Assembly (NCBI GenBank): GCA_964572155.1
Contig: CAZNDZ010000001.1
Location: 974,290-1,038,289, forward strand
Direction: 5' to 3'
Length of the DNA stretch: 64,000 nucleotides
From: an uncultured Planctomycetales bacterium
GTDB lineage: Bacteria; Omnitrophota; Gorgyraeia; Zapsychrales; Fredricksoniimonadaceae
Each line of letters starts with the position of its first letter. The first letter of the stretch is position 1. Both the position numbers and the translations under genes were made by a program. Below the pieces are notes generated by a model that worked only from the letters and a program-made list of their open reading frames with translations, did no database searches and had not been told where the DNA came from. Shown in pieces: positions 1 to 9,449 of the stretch.

Positions 1-1
1 T

Positions 2-1078
2 TTGATCAAAGATGCTAAAACGCCTATGGAGAAGACACGCGTCATTGTAGAGTTTGTCCAAAATAATTTCCGTTATGTTGCGCTTAATTTTGGCGACCAT
101 ACCGTTGAGCCACATAATACCGTTGATATTTATCGCAATCGCTACGGCGACTGCAAGGATCTATCGTTATTAACAAAATACATGTTAGAAGTGGCGGGGC
201 TTAGTTCAAGCATTTGTTTGATGAACTCCGAGTATTCCCCATCTCCAGAAAATGTTTTACCAAGTCCAAATATTTTCGAGCACGTGATTTTAGAAGTTCT
301 AATTGACGGAAAGAAGTATTTCTTAGATCCGCAATTAAAAGGTTTTGATGTGGGGCAATACCCAGCTGATTATGACAATGCCAATGTCATGGTCATTGAA
401 GATACAGGGGAATATCGTTTTGAGCAGTTGCCTGTCATGCCAGATGAAGCGCATGTTTTAATCAGCAAGAATGATGTGACGATTAACGCAGATGGTAAGG
501 CAAGTTTTGAAGTTCGTGTCACATTGCCCATTGAAGCATCTCAAGGATTTCGAGCCCAATGGGAGTCTATGAGTGATGATGATAAGAATAAGTTCTATGA
601 GGGAATGCAAAGCAGTTTTGCTCAAGGGGGCAAGATGCTTGCCCATGAGGTGCATGGCATTGAGAATCGTTATGGTCCGCTGGAATTTTATTTAAAGTAT
701 GAATCACCGACGGTATATCCGATCGTTAATGACATGATTTTACTTAAGGAACAACAGCAAAATGATTTGCCAGATTTTGCCCAAGAACAACGTATTTATC
801 CTATATTTTTCCCAACCAATTCCTTGATTAAAACCACTTTTGTTTATCATATAGGTGATGGCTTAAAAGTTGATTTTATCCCCAAGGGGTACAAGCTGTC
901 GTTTGATTTTGTTGATATCAGTATAGAATATTTAACAGAAGGCAATACAGTGACCATGAATGCCCTTTATCGTATCAAGCGTTCAACCATTCCACCACAA
1001 CGCTATAAAGATGTTAAAAATTTCCGTAATGAAATCTATAAGAAAAATGATCAATACATCGTGCTAAAGAGAAAATAA
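2..1078 (+). CDS. transglutaminase-like domain protein (5'-partial, continues upstream of window)
   Basis: Open from window start; motif RYGDCKD (Gly-Asp-Cys catalytic Cys context of transglutaminase-like cysteine protease fold); no start codon in window. Confidence 0.55.
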   Translation: MIKDAKTPMEKTRVIVEFVQNNFRYVALNFGDHTVEPHNTVDIYRNRYGDCKDLSLLTKYMLEVAGLSSSICLMNSEYSPSPENVLPSPNIFEHVILEVLIDGKKYFLDPQLKGFDVGQYPADYDNANVMVIEDTGEYRFEQLPVMPDEAHVLISKNDVTINADGKASFEVRVTLPIEASQGFRAQWESMSDDDKNKFYEGMQSSFAQGGKMLAHEVHGIENRYGPLEFYLKYESPTVYPIVNDMILLKEQQQNDLPDFAQEQRIYPIFFPTNSLIKTTFVYHIGDGLKVDFIPKGYKLSFDFVDISIEYLTEGNTVTMNALYRIKRSTIPPQRYKDVKNFRNEIYKKNDQYIVLKRK

Positions 1079-1079
1079 C

Positions 1080-3047
1080 ATGAAAAGTTTATGGAATAAT
1101 AATGACGCCAACCGCTTCAAAGATGATCCATTAAGTTTACGTGTTTACACGTCACGTTTGTTAGGTAAAGAAACATCCTTGGTCTTGCATGGGGGTGGTA
1201 ATACATCCGTCAAGGCTTTGGTGCGCGATGCCTTTGGTGACATGCAGGAAGTGTTATATATCAAGGGCAGTGGTTGGGATTTAGCGACCATTGAGGCCGC
1301 AGGTTTTGCAGCGGTTAAATTAGAAGCGTTAAAGCGTATGGCTGCATTTGAGAAATTATCCGATACCGACATGGTGTCTTTGCAGCGCGCCAGCATGCTC
1401 AATCCAAATGCCCCAAACCCGTCGGTAGAAGCCATCTTGCATGCGATCATTCCATATAAATATGTCGACCATTCTCACACCGATGCTATTGTTGCTATCA
1501 CCAATACACCAGATGGCAGACGACGCATTGAAGAAGTTTATGGAAATGATGTTTTAATTGTTCCCTATGTCATGCCTGGTTTTATTTTGGCGAAGAAGAT
1601 TTATGACATGACTAAGAACCTTGACTGGAAAAAGTATAAGGGCATGGTCTTACTTAATCACGGCCTTTTTACCTTTGCCGATAGCGCCAAAGAAAGTTAT
1701 GAACAGCATATTGCTTTAGTTGATCGTGCGGAGAAATATATCAAAGAACAACGCATCAAGATTGCCACCAAACGCGCGGAAAATGTTCCACTCGAAGCAT
1801 TAGCGCGCATTCGTCACGCTGTTTCAAAAATACAAAAGGCTGCCGTTGTCTGTCATGTTAAAGACGATTCCTATAGCGTTGGTTTTGCACATTTGTCGAA
1901 TGTGGCAACCATCGGCACACGCGGCACATTAACCCCGGATCATGTGATCCGCACTAAACCCATACCTGTTGTCATCCAAAGTGAACCAGAAAATGACGTC
2001 GATCGATATGCGAAGAGTTACCAAGAATATTTTGATCGATATAACACTGGAAATCTGAAGTGTCTAGATTTAGCGCCACGCTGGGCGATTTGGCCTAAGG
2101 TTGGTTTATTAAGCTTTGGACGTTCTTATAATGATGCGCTAATCTCGTCGGACATCATTGATCATACCATCATCGCCATTCAAAATGCTCAAGGCATGGG
2201 TGGGTGGAAGGTCATATCTCAAAAAGATATTTTCGAGATGGAGTACTGGGAATTAGAGCAAGCCAAGTTAGCTAAAGGGGACAAGCCCAAATCGTTACAA
2301 GGTAAAATCGCTTTAGTGACGGGAAGTTTTAGCGGTATCGGCAAAGCAGCGGTTGAATATTTAGCCGCGCAGGGCGCCCACGTTGCTGCTCTGGATATTA
2401 ATAAAGAAGTTTTAAGGACATTTAATTCCAAAAATATTCTGCCCATCGTATGCGATGTGACCAAGGATAAAGATATCAAGCAAGCCGTAGAAAAAACAGT
2501 GCGTCATTTTGGTGGTTTAGATATAGTCGTGAGCAATGCCGGTATTTTTCCATCGAGCAGTAATATAGTGGATATGGATCCAAAGGTGTGGGATAAGAGT
2601 GTTGCGATCAATTTAACCAGCCATCAACGCTTGATGACCCAAGCAGCAAGATATTTAAAATACGGCATCGATCCAACCATTATTATCGTTGGATCTAAGA
2701 ATGTTCCAGCGCCAGGTCCCGGAGCGTCTGCCTATTCTGTTGCAAAGGCTGGTTTAACTCAATTAGCCAGAGTTGCTGCCTTAGAAATGGGCGCACACGG
2801 GATCAGGGTTAACGTGCTTCATCCCAATCAAGTCTTTGACACCGCCATATGGACCAAGGAAGTCTTACAAAAACGCGCAAAGAGTTATGGATTAAGTGTG
2901 GAAGAGTACAAGACGAACAATATTTTAAAGACAGAAATCACCTCAAAACATGTCGCTGAATTAATTGTGACACTCGCAGGTCCTGCATTTAACAAAACCA
3001 CAGGCGCACAAATCCCCATTGATGGCGGCAACGACAGAGTAATCTAG
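1080..3047 (+). CDS. bifunctional class II aldolase (rhamnulose-1-phosphate aldolase-like) / short-chain dehydrogenase
   Basis: 655 aa; N-terminal class II aldolase/adducin-like region; C-terminal SDR with GSFSGIG Rossmann motif and YSVAK (YxxxK) catalytic motif. Confidence 0.7.
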   Translation: MKSLWNNNDANRFKDDPLSLRVYTSRLLGKETSLVLHGGGNTSVKALVRDAFGDMQEVLYIKGSGWDLATIEAAGFAAVKLEALKRMAAFEKLSDTDMVSLQRASMLNPNAPNPSVEAILHAIIPYKYVDHSHTDAIVAITNTPDGRRRIEEVYGNDVLIVPYVMPGFILAKKIYDMTKNLDWKKYKGMVLLNHGLFTFADSAKESYEQHIALVDRAEKYIKEQRIKIATKRAENVPLEALARIRHAVSKIQKAAVVCHVKDDSYSVGFAHLSNVATIGTRGTLTPDHVIRTKPIPVVIQSEPENDVDRYAKSYQEYFDRYNTGNLKCLDLAPRWAIWPKVGLLSFGRSYNDALISSDIIDHTIIAIQNAQGMGGWKVISQKDIFEMEYWELEQAKLAKGDKPKSLQGKIALVTGSFSGIGKAAVEYLAAQGAHVAALDINKEVLRTFNSKNILPIVCDVTKDKDIKQAVEKTVRHFGGLDIVVSNAGIFPSSSNIVDMDPKVWDKSVAINLTSHQRLMTQAARYLKYGIDPTIIIVGSKNVPAPGPGASAYSVAKAGLTQLARVAALEMGAHGIRVNVLHPNQVFDTAIWTKEVLQKRAKSYGLSVEEYKTNNILKTEITSKHVAELIVTLAGPAFNKTTGAQIPIDGGNDRVI

Positions 3048-3053
3048 ATTTAA

Positions 3054-4325
3054 TTATCTACGTCGACCACGTCCACGAGAGAATTTGTTGGAGCTAAACA
3101 CCACTTGTGGTTTTTGGAAGTTGGCTAACTTTACCGTCGGATGTGATTCCGCGACAGGTAATTTGTAACGCATGACGCGTTCAATGTTAGCCACATCCGC
3201 CCGTTGGTCAGGGGATGCAAAAGAGATCGCGTGACCAGCATGTCCGGCACGACCTGTACGGCCAATGCGGTGAACATAATTGTCAGGATCATCAGGAAGA
3301 TCATAATTGATAACAACTTCAATACCCTTAACGTCAATACCGCGTGCGGCAATATCGGTTGCAACTAAGATGCGGTAACGTCCAGATTTAAAACCTTCTA
3401 AAGCTTCTTTGCGTTGACCTAAAGAACGGTCAGAGTGAATTTCCGCAGCCTTGTGGTTTAAAGAACGGATGGCCTTGGTTAATTTGGTAGCACCATGTTT
3501 GGTTCTAGAGAAGACTAAGATTGGGCCATGGTATTGAGCGAGTACGCTTGCTAACAAATCATGTTTTGATTCACGGGCAACGACGAATAGTTCTTGAGTA
3601 ATTTTATCAGCTGTGGTTCCAGCTTGAGCGATTTCAATTTGAGTCGGAAGCTTCATATAGGAATTAGCGATCGACAAGATTTCTTTAGGCATGGTCGCCG
3701 AGAATAACATCGTTTGGCGTTCTGCGGGTACTTGACGCAAAATATCTTTGATATGAGGTGCAAAGCCCATGTCGAGCATGCGATCAGCTTCGTCTAAGAC
3801 AACGATATGCACATCTTTTAAATGAACCGTTTTTTGTTGCATATGATCCATCAAACGGCCAGGGGTCGCGATGATGATGCGAGGGTTCATGCGCAAAGCA
3901 CTTAATTGCTTGCCCATAGGGTCGCCACCGATCAAGACAGCGGTTTTAATACCGATGGCAGGGGTGATCTTGCGTAAGCTCTCATCAACTTGGATGGCGA
4001 GTTCACGAGTAGGCACAATAACTAAGCCGCGGCCTTTGATTTGAGCAAGGCGTTGGATCATGGGAATACCAAAGGCCAAGGTTTTACCTGTGCCGGTTTG
4101 GGCAATACCCATGACGTCTTTACCTTCAATACCAATGGGAATGGCTTGTAATTGAATTTTTGTTGGGACCGTAAACTTGTTGCGGTCTAGGATACTTAAG
4201 ATGCTTGGGGCAATCCCCAAGTTGTAAAATGAGTTTTCGTTTGAGTTCATGGGGTATACCATAACACTATTCAGATAAATATGCAAACTTTCTTCTTTTT
4301 CGACGACTCCTGTACTAAAATGCAA
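3054..4325 (-). CDS. DEAD-box ATP-dependent RNA helicase
   Basis: Motifs AQTGTGKT (Walker A), VLDEADRMLDMGF (DEAD box), SAT, HRIGRTGR; Arg/Gly-rich C-terminal tail. True start probably an internal ATG (MVYP.. or MNSN..) since the track start is TTG. Confidence 0.85.
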   Translation of the reverse strand: MHFSTGVVEKEESLHIYLNSVMVYPMNSNENSFYNLGIAPSILSILDRNKFTVPTKIQLQAIPIGIEGKDVMGIAQTGTGKTLAFGIPMIQRLAQIKGRGLVIVPTRELAIQVDESLRKITPAIGIKTAVLIGGDPMGKQLSALRMNPRIIIATPGRLMDHMQQKTVHLKDVHIVVLDEADRMLDMGFAPHIKDILRQVPAERQTMLFSATMPKEILSIANSYMKLPTQIEIAQAGTTADKITQELFVVARESKHDLLASVLAQYHGPILVFSRTKHGATKLTKAIRSLNHKAAEIHSDRSLGQRKEALEGFKSGRYRILVATDIAARGIDVKGIEVVINYDLPDDPDNYVHRIGRTGRAGHAGHAISFASPDQRADVANIERVMRYKLPVAESHPTVKLANFQKPQVVFSSNKFSRGRGRRR

Positions 4326-4327
4326 AT

Positions 4328-6034
4328 ATGACGGATCAAAATATTATTATTTTTTTAATTCAATTGTTTTTACTGCTTGGATTGTCACGCGTCCTTGGGG
4401 AAGTGCTGAATCATTATCGCCAACCCGCTTTAACCGCAGAAATCATTGTTGGTGTTCTCCTGGGGCCAACCATTCTTGGCCGTTTGTTTCCACATGTGCA
4501 AGATTATTTATTCCCACAAGATTTAGTTCAGCAAACCATGTTTCAAACTGTGGCATGGCTTGGTGCATTTTTCTTTTTGCTCGAGGCTGGTTTGTCCATT
4601 GACTTTTCAAGTGCGTGGCGCCAGAAGTCCGAAGCATTAACGATTGCCATCACCGATATTGTTGTGCCTATGGTCATTGGTTTTACGTTGGCGTGGTTTT
4701 TGCCTGATGCCTATTTGGTTTCAACAGATCGACGCATTGAATTCTCAGTTTTCTTTGCCACCATTCTAACAGTATCGGCAATGCCTATCACCGTGCGTAT
4801 TTTACATGACTTAAAATTGTCAAAAACAGACCTTGGTTTCTTAATTTTGACCGCGCTTTCGGTTAACGATATTTTAGGTTGGTTGCTCTTTACCGTGGTA
4901 TTTGGTTTCTTTATGCAAAACACGGTTACGCTGCCAAGCATGATAACCACGTTCTTAGAAGCAGGTTTTTTTGTGGTGTTTTGTCTGACGTGGGGCCGAC
5001 AATTAAGCAATTGGATCGTCAATAAAATGAAGGCCTATCATTTACCCGAACCTGCGGCATCGTTAACATTCATTTTCTTATTAGGGCTTTGGTCAGGAGC
5101 AATTGCTCAAAAAGTGGGCTTGCATGCCTTGTTTGGTTTCTTCTTAGCTGGAGTTATGGCAGGGGAAGCCAAGGCATTATCTGAGAAAACACGTCACACC
5201 ATTAGCCGCATCGTTTATGCCTTGTTTGTTCCTTTGTTCTTTGCAGGCATTGGTTTAAAGATGGATTTCTTGAAGTATTTTGATGTGTTTCTTATTTTGT
5301 TTGTGGCCGTTGTGGGGATTGGTATACGATTTTTAGGGGCTTGGCTTGGGGTCACCATGACCCAATTGCCTAAAGAGAATCGCACGGCGATTGCTATTGC
5401 ACATACGCCAGGCGGGATGATGGAAATTGTCATGGGTTTGGTGGCGCTTGAAAATCATTTGATCACACCGACGGTGTTTGTGTCCATCGTTCTTGGTGCC
5501 TTGTTGACAGCGGTTGTGGTGGGGCCTTGGTTTAGTTGGGCCCTCAGGCAACGCAAGCATGTCAGTGTTTTTGAATTCTTTACCCGAAGCGGCATCGACG
5601 CTGCGTTAAAAGCCCAAAGCAAAGAGCAGGCCATCATGCAACTGTCCGACATTGCGTTTCATGAAACAGGCATTGATTTAAATGACATCACAACCGCCGT
5701 ATTAGAGCGAGAAGCTTTGGTTGGGACGGGCTTGGAACATGGCGTTGCGATCCCGCATGCGCGGTTGGTTGGTTTATCGAAACCAATCGTCATTTTTGCT
5801 AAGACTGTGCATGGCATTGAATGGGATTCTCCTGATGGGAGCAAATCGCAATATATTTTCTTAGTCTTAACGCCTAAAGACGATGATGTTATCCCGGTTC
5901 AAATCTTGCAAGCTATCGCCAAGGTCATGCATGACCCGCACACATTGGCCACATTAAATGCTCAACATGATAATGCGCAAATTTGGAGTGTATTTCAGCA
6001 TGCTTTTGATAAGCTATATGTCGAGCGAAGATAA
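4328..6034 (+). CDS. CPA2-family cation/proton antiporter fused to C-terminal PTS EIIA (type-2, PtsN/fructose-like) domain
   Basis: 568 aa; ~12 hydrophobic helices typical of Kef/NhaP-type CPA2; C-terminal ~150 aa with AIPHARL motif (phosphorylatable His context of EIIA-2 fold). Confidence 0.65.
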   Translation: MTDQNIIIFLIQLFLLLGLSRVLGEVLNHYRQPALTAEIIVGVLLGPTILGRLFPHVQDYLFPQDLVQQTMFQTVAWLGAFFFLLEAGLSIDFSSAWRQKSEALTIAITDIVVPMVIGFTLAWFLPDAYLVSTDRRIEFSVFFATILTVSAMPITVRILHDLKLSKTDLGFLILTALSVNDILGWLLFTVVFGFFMQNTVTLPSMITTFLEAGFFVVFCLTWGRQLSNWIVNKMKAYHLPEPAASLTFIFLLGLWSGAIAQKVGLHALFGFFLAGVMAGEAKALSEKTRHTISRIVYALFVPLFFAGIGLKMDFLKYFDVFLILFVAVVGIGIRFLGAWLGVTMTQLPKENRTAIAIAHTPGGMMEIVMGLVALENHLITPTVFVSIVLGALLTAVVVGPWFSWALRQRKHVSVFEFFTRSGIDAALKAQSKEQAIMQLSDIAFHETGIDLNDITTAVLEREALVGTGLEHGVAIPHARLVGLSKPIVIFAKTVHGIEWDSPDGSKSQYIFLVLTPKDDDVIPVQILQAIAKVMHDPHTLATLNAQHDNAQIWSVFQHAFDKLYVERR

Positions 6035-6036
6035 AT

Positions 6037-6855
6037 ATGATATCCAATGAACAATTAAAAGAATTTGGTTTTGAAAATATTGAGAAATTCCCGAGGCTGC
6101 TAAACAGCCACGATGTGAGCATCAGCTTGCCATCTGCGATTGCTAATGGGGTAGCTGCCGTTAATGTCACGATAGATCGAGGCATTGCGATTCCAGTCCA
6201 AATCCCAGGCGTGCCTAACGGCATGATCATCCGTTATAACGGCACCATGGTGTATGTTGCACATCGTATCCCCGAAGATCCAGCATCTAATTTACAAGCC
6301 ACATTTACAGACGACATCTCCTATGATATCCGTTTGGAGTCTTTTAATATTATGCGCCGTGCCGTCGAGGTTGATCCTGACTTAAGGCCAGTATGGGAAG
6401 AAATTCAAGGGCATTGGATGCATTGGTATCCACCATTTCTTAAAGAGATCAACCGTCAAAGTTCTGGTCAGTACAAGTCGATTGCCGGTGCTGTTAAAGT
6501 GATGGAATTCTTATTAGCGAAATTCATCACCGACGTAAAAAACCAAACCCCGCAAGCCGCTGCGATACCGCTGCGCATCATCGTACAGACCTTAGAAGAA
6601 ATGCGCAAAGGCTGGCAAGGGGAGGAATTCATCGCTGACCAAACCACCGTTGGTCAAATCATGCTCACGGGTTTAGACAATTACGCCCAAGAACATTTGC
6701 GAGGCAAACTAAGAAAAGCTTTAAAAAACCCCGTATTTTGTTCCGACGCATCATTCGAAGTCTTTTACGAACCTCGCGCTATCCCAGCCATAAAAATAGT
6801 CATCGATAACCCAGCCGCATCCGACGATTTTTCACAAGGCATTGATTTAGTGTAG
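6037..6855 (+). CDS. hypothetical cytoplasmic protein
   Basis: 272-aa ORF starting 3 nt after the antiporter stop, likely co-transcribed; no recognisable motif. Confidence 0.4.
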   Translation: MISNEQLKEFGFENIEKFPRLLNSHDVSISLPSAIANGVAAVNVTIDRGIAIPVQIPGVPNGMIIRYNGTMVYVAHRIPEDPASNLQATFTDDISYDIRLESFNIMRRAVEVDPDLRPVWEEIQGHWMHWYPPFLKEINRQSSGQYKSIAGAVKVMEFLLAKFITDVKNQTPQAAAIPLRIIVQTLEEMRKGWQGEEFIADQTTVGQIMLTGLDNYAQEHLRGKLRKALKNPVFCSDASFEVFYEPRAIPAIKIVIDNPAASDDFSQGIDLV

Positions 6856-6911
6856 ACAGGGCAAAATTCTTCTGATATATTATCGCGTTCTTTTTAGCAA
6901 AAATTTTTTCA

Positions 6912-6987
6912 GGGCCATTAGCTCATCCGGTAGAGCATCTGACTCTTAATCAGAGGGTGGCAGGTTCGAGTCCTGCATGGCCCACCA
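6912..6987 (+). tRNA. tRNA-Lys (anticodon CTT)
   Basis: Cloverleaf GGGCCAT..ATGGCCC acceptor, anticodon loop CTCTTAA, GGTTCGAGTCC T-arm, ends ACCA. Confidence 0.85.
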
Positions 6988-7064
6988 TTATATTCAGTGG
7001 GGCATTGAGTTTTTCTAAATGCCGTTGTTAAAGATCCCCATTCTAAAACGAAGGGGGATCTTTA

Positions 7065-7508
7065 ATGACTTATGAGATAGACCAGTCGGGTAAGGTTGAA
7101 GACACTAATAAATTAACCGTAGTAGCGTACGCGAATGGTAAAATAAAGAGTGTAAAGATTGGCAGCGTTGAGAAACGAAAATTGCTAGCTGCCATGCGGA
7201 CACTGGATTATCCAAAACACAATTACGTCTATAAAATCTTTGCCGCATTGATTTATTTCTTACTTGAAGATGAGAGAGTTGATGCAGTAGTAATTGATTA
7301 CGAGTACACCGGTCATGAAGAAAGTGTCATAGGTATTCTTAGGTACTTGTTAAATAAAAATAAAAGAAATATTCCAACTATTCGGTTTGGTTTTGTTGGA
7401 AAATCAAGTCCGGCTCATAAAGCAGCGGTAGAGGTTTTTAGAGGAAATAAAGAAGCAGATTTGGTTGTTGGAGCAAAGGAAGTTTTAAGATTGTTGTACA
7501 ACAGGTAA
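7065..7508 (+). CDS. hypothetical protein (tRNA-adjacent orphan, atypical codon usage)
   Basis: 147 aa; preceded by perfect 10-bp hairpin AAAGATCCCC/GGGGATCTTT enclosing the RBS; codon usage (AGG/AGA/GTA-rich) differs from neighbours. Confidence 0.4.
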   Translation: MTYEIDQSGKVEDTNKLTVVAYANGKIKSVKIGSVEKRKLLAAMRTLDYPKHNYVYKIFAALIYFLLEDERVDAVVIDYEYTGHEESVIGILRYLLNKNKRNIPTIRFGFVGKSSPAHKAAVEVFRGNKEADLVVGAKEVLRLLYNR

Positions 7509-7678
7509 TAAAAAAGAGTTGGAGATCTTCCTCTAGGGAAGATAACCCTTAGCTAAGGACCGTCCATTACGATCGGTAGTCACTAAGGCGTCCAACCTGA
7601 TTTAAATATATCTGATAGGTTGGTTCCTGTCAAGGTAAACGGTAATCTCAATTAACGCTTAACAAAAGACAATACAAC

Positions 7679-8485
7679 ATGGACATTCCGACATTACAGC
7701 AAAAAGCCGTGGTTATGCGCCGCGAGATTTTAGAGACGTTAGAGGTTGCGGGTTCAGGGCATCCGGGTGGTTCTTTATCGGCGGTTGAAATTATGCTTTC
7801 TTTATACGGACATGCCATGAAACATGATCCTAAGAATCCTAAATGGGAAGAACGCGATCGTTTGATCATTTCTAAAGGCCATGTGTCTCCCGTCGTATAT
7901 GTTACGCTCGCAAATTTTGGTTATATCCCTAAAGATGAATTAAAAACATTTCGTAAATTTGGTGCGCGTTTACAAGGTCACGTTGTGACCAAGGTTCCAG
8001 GCATTGAATTTAATACAGGTTCACTTGGCCATGGTTTATCATTTGCCAATGGGATTGCCTTGGGTGCACGCATGCGCAAGAAAACATTTCAAACCTATTG
8101 CATCATGGGCGACGGAGAAATTCAAGAAGGTAGCGTTTGGGAAGCAGCCATGACGGCAGCACATTTTAAGTTGACCAATGTGACGGCCATTGTTGATTAT
8201 AATAAGGTACAAGAAAATGGTTTGGTTAGCGATATCAAAGGGCTTGAACCATTGGGACAAAAATGGGCGGCTTTTGGTTGGCATGTGATTGAAGTCGACG
8301 GTCATAATCTTAAAGATTTAACCACGGCGATGGATGAAATTAAAAATATTAAAGATAAACCAACCGTGATCATTGCACATACCGTCAAGGGTAAGGGTGT
8401 ATCGTTCATGGAAGGTAAGAGCGCGTGGCATGGTAAGGCGCCTAATAAAGAACAATTAGCACAAGCGTTAGCGGAGTTAAAATAA
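7679..8485 (+). CDS. transketolase, N-terminal (TPP-binding) subunit
   Basis: GSGHPGGSLS and GDGE motifs of transketolase PP domain; 268 aa split-type. Confidence 0.85.
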   Translation: MDIPTLQQKAVVMRREILETLEVAGSGHPGGSLSAVEIMLSLYGHAMKHDPKNPKWEERDRLIISKGHVSPVVYVTLANFGYIPKDELKTFRKFGARLQGHVVTKVPGIEFNTGSLGHGLSFANGIALGARMRKKTFQTYCIMGDGEIQEGSVWEAAMTAAHFKLTNVTAIVDYNKVQENGLVSDIKGLEPLGQKWAAFGWHVIEVDGHNLKDLTTAMDEIKNIKDKPTVIIAHTVKGKGVSFMEGKSAWHGKAPNKEQLAQALAELK

Positions 8486-9441
8486 TGACAACGACCGAAT
8501 ATAAACCAACCCCAACACGTGACGGCTTTGGTGAAGAGTTAGTGGCTTTAGGTAAAGTAAACCCGAATATCGTCGTCACCTCCGGTGACTTAGAAGACGC
8601 CACCCGTGCAGAATATTTCAAAAAAGAATTTCCAGATCGATTTTTTAATTTAGGCATCACCGAGCAAGATGTTGTTGGGACCGCGGCAGGTTTGAGCACC
8701 CAAGGTTATGTTGCTTTTGCGACATCCTTTGCCGTGTTTCTAACCAATCGTGCCTATGACATGATCCGCTTAGATGTTTGCTACAACAATTGCAATGTGA
8801 AAGTTGTGTGTTCCCATGGCGGCGTTACCGTTGGTGAAGATGGGGCGAGCGCACAATGCTTGGAAGATTTTGCCATCATGCGTGTGTTGCCAAACATGAA
8901 AGTGGTTGTGCCAGCTGATTATATTGAAGCCAAGAAAGCCACCCGCGCGATTACGGCAGAATTTGGTCCTTTTTATATGCGTACCTCACGCGCGCCATTA
9001 CCAGTATTTTCAAAAGAATCTGATCCTTTTGTCATCGGCAAAGCCAATGTGTTACGTGACGGAAAAGATGCCACGATCATTGCCTGTGGTGTTATGGTTG
9101 CGCAAGCGTTAAGTGCTGCTGAGATATTAAAAAAAGAGAACATCAACGTGCGCGTTATTAATATGCACACGATCAAGCCCATCGATGAAGCGGCGATTTT
9201 AGCGGCTGCCAAAGAAACAGGCGCCATTGTTACGGCAGAAGAACATCAAATGATCGGCGGTTTGGGTTCTGCGGTCGCGGAAGTCCTATCACAAAAACAT
9301 CCAACACCTCTGACCATCATCGGGGTTAAAGATAGTTTTGGTGAAAGTGGCACACCGGATCAATTGCTTGCACATCATGGTTTAAAAGATATTAATATTG
9401 TCGACGCTGTTAAGAAAATCATTAGCCGTAAGAAGTCATAA
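8485..9441 (+). CDS. transketolase, C-terminal (pyrimidine-binding) subunit
   Basis: 318 aa; start overlaps N-subunit stop (ATAATGA); typical split transketolase arrangement. Confidence 0.85.
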   Translation: MTTTEYKPTPTRDGFGEELVALGKVNPNIVVTSGDLEDATRAEYFKKEFPDRFFNLGITEQDVVGTAAGLSTQGYVAFATSFAVFLTNRAYDMIRLDVCYNNCNVKVVCSHGGVTVGEDGASAQCLEDFAIMRVLPNMKVVVPADYIEAKKATRAITAEFGPFYMRTSRAPLPVFSKESDPFVIGKANVLRDGKDATIIACGVMVAQALSAAEILKKENINVRVINMHTIKPIDEAAILAAAKETGAIVTAEEHQMIGGLGSAVAEVLSQKHPTPLTIIGVKDSFGESGTPDQLLAHHGLKDINIVDAVKKIISRKKS

Positions 9442-9449
9442 ATTTAGGA

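Noticed and set aside
458-655. Numerous short antisense/alternate-frame ORFs from the track lying inside larger genes (e.g. 458..655-, 1145..1450-, 4443..4637-, 8906..9112+, 24519..24860-, 27650..27994-, 51310..51732-)
   Set aside because: Each is fully embedded in a longer ORF with clear motif support and has no RBS or independent signal. They were treated as spurious.
7510-7678. TPP riboswitch ahead of transketolase
   Set aside because: The characteristic CTGAGA/ACCTGATCTGGATAATGCCAGCG elements are absent. Only generic hairpins are present, and these are reported separately as a structured leader.
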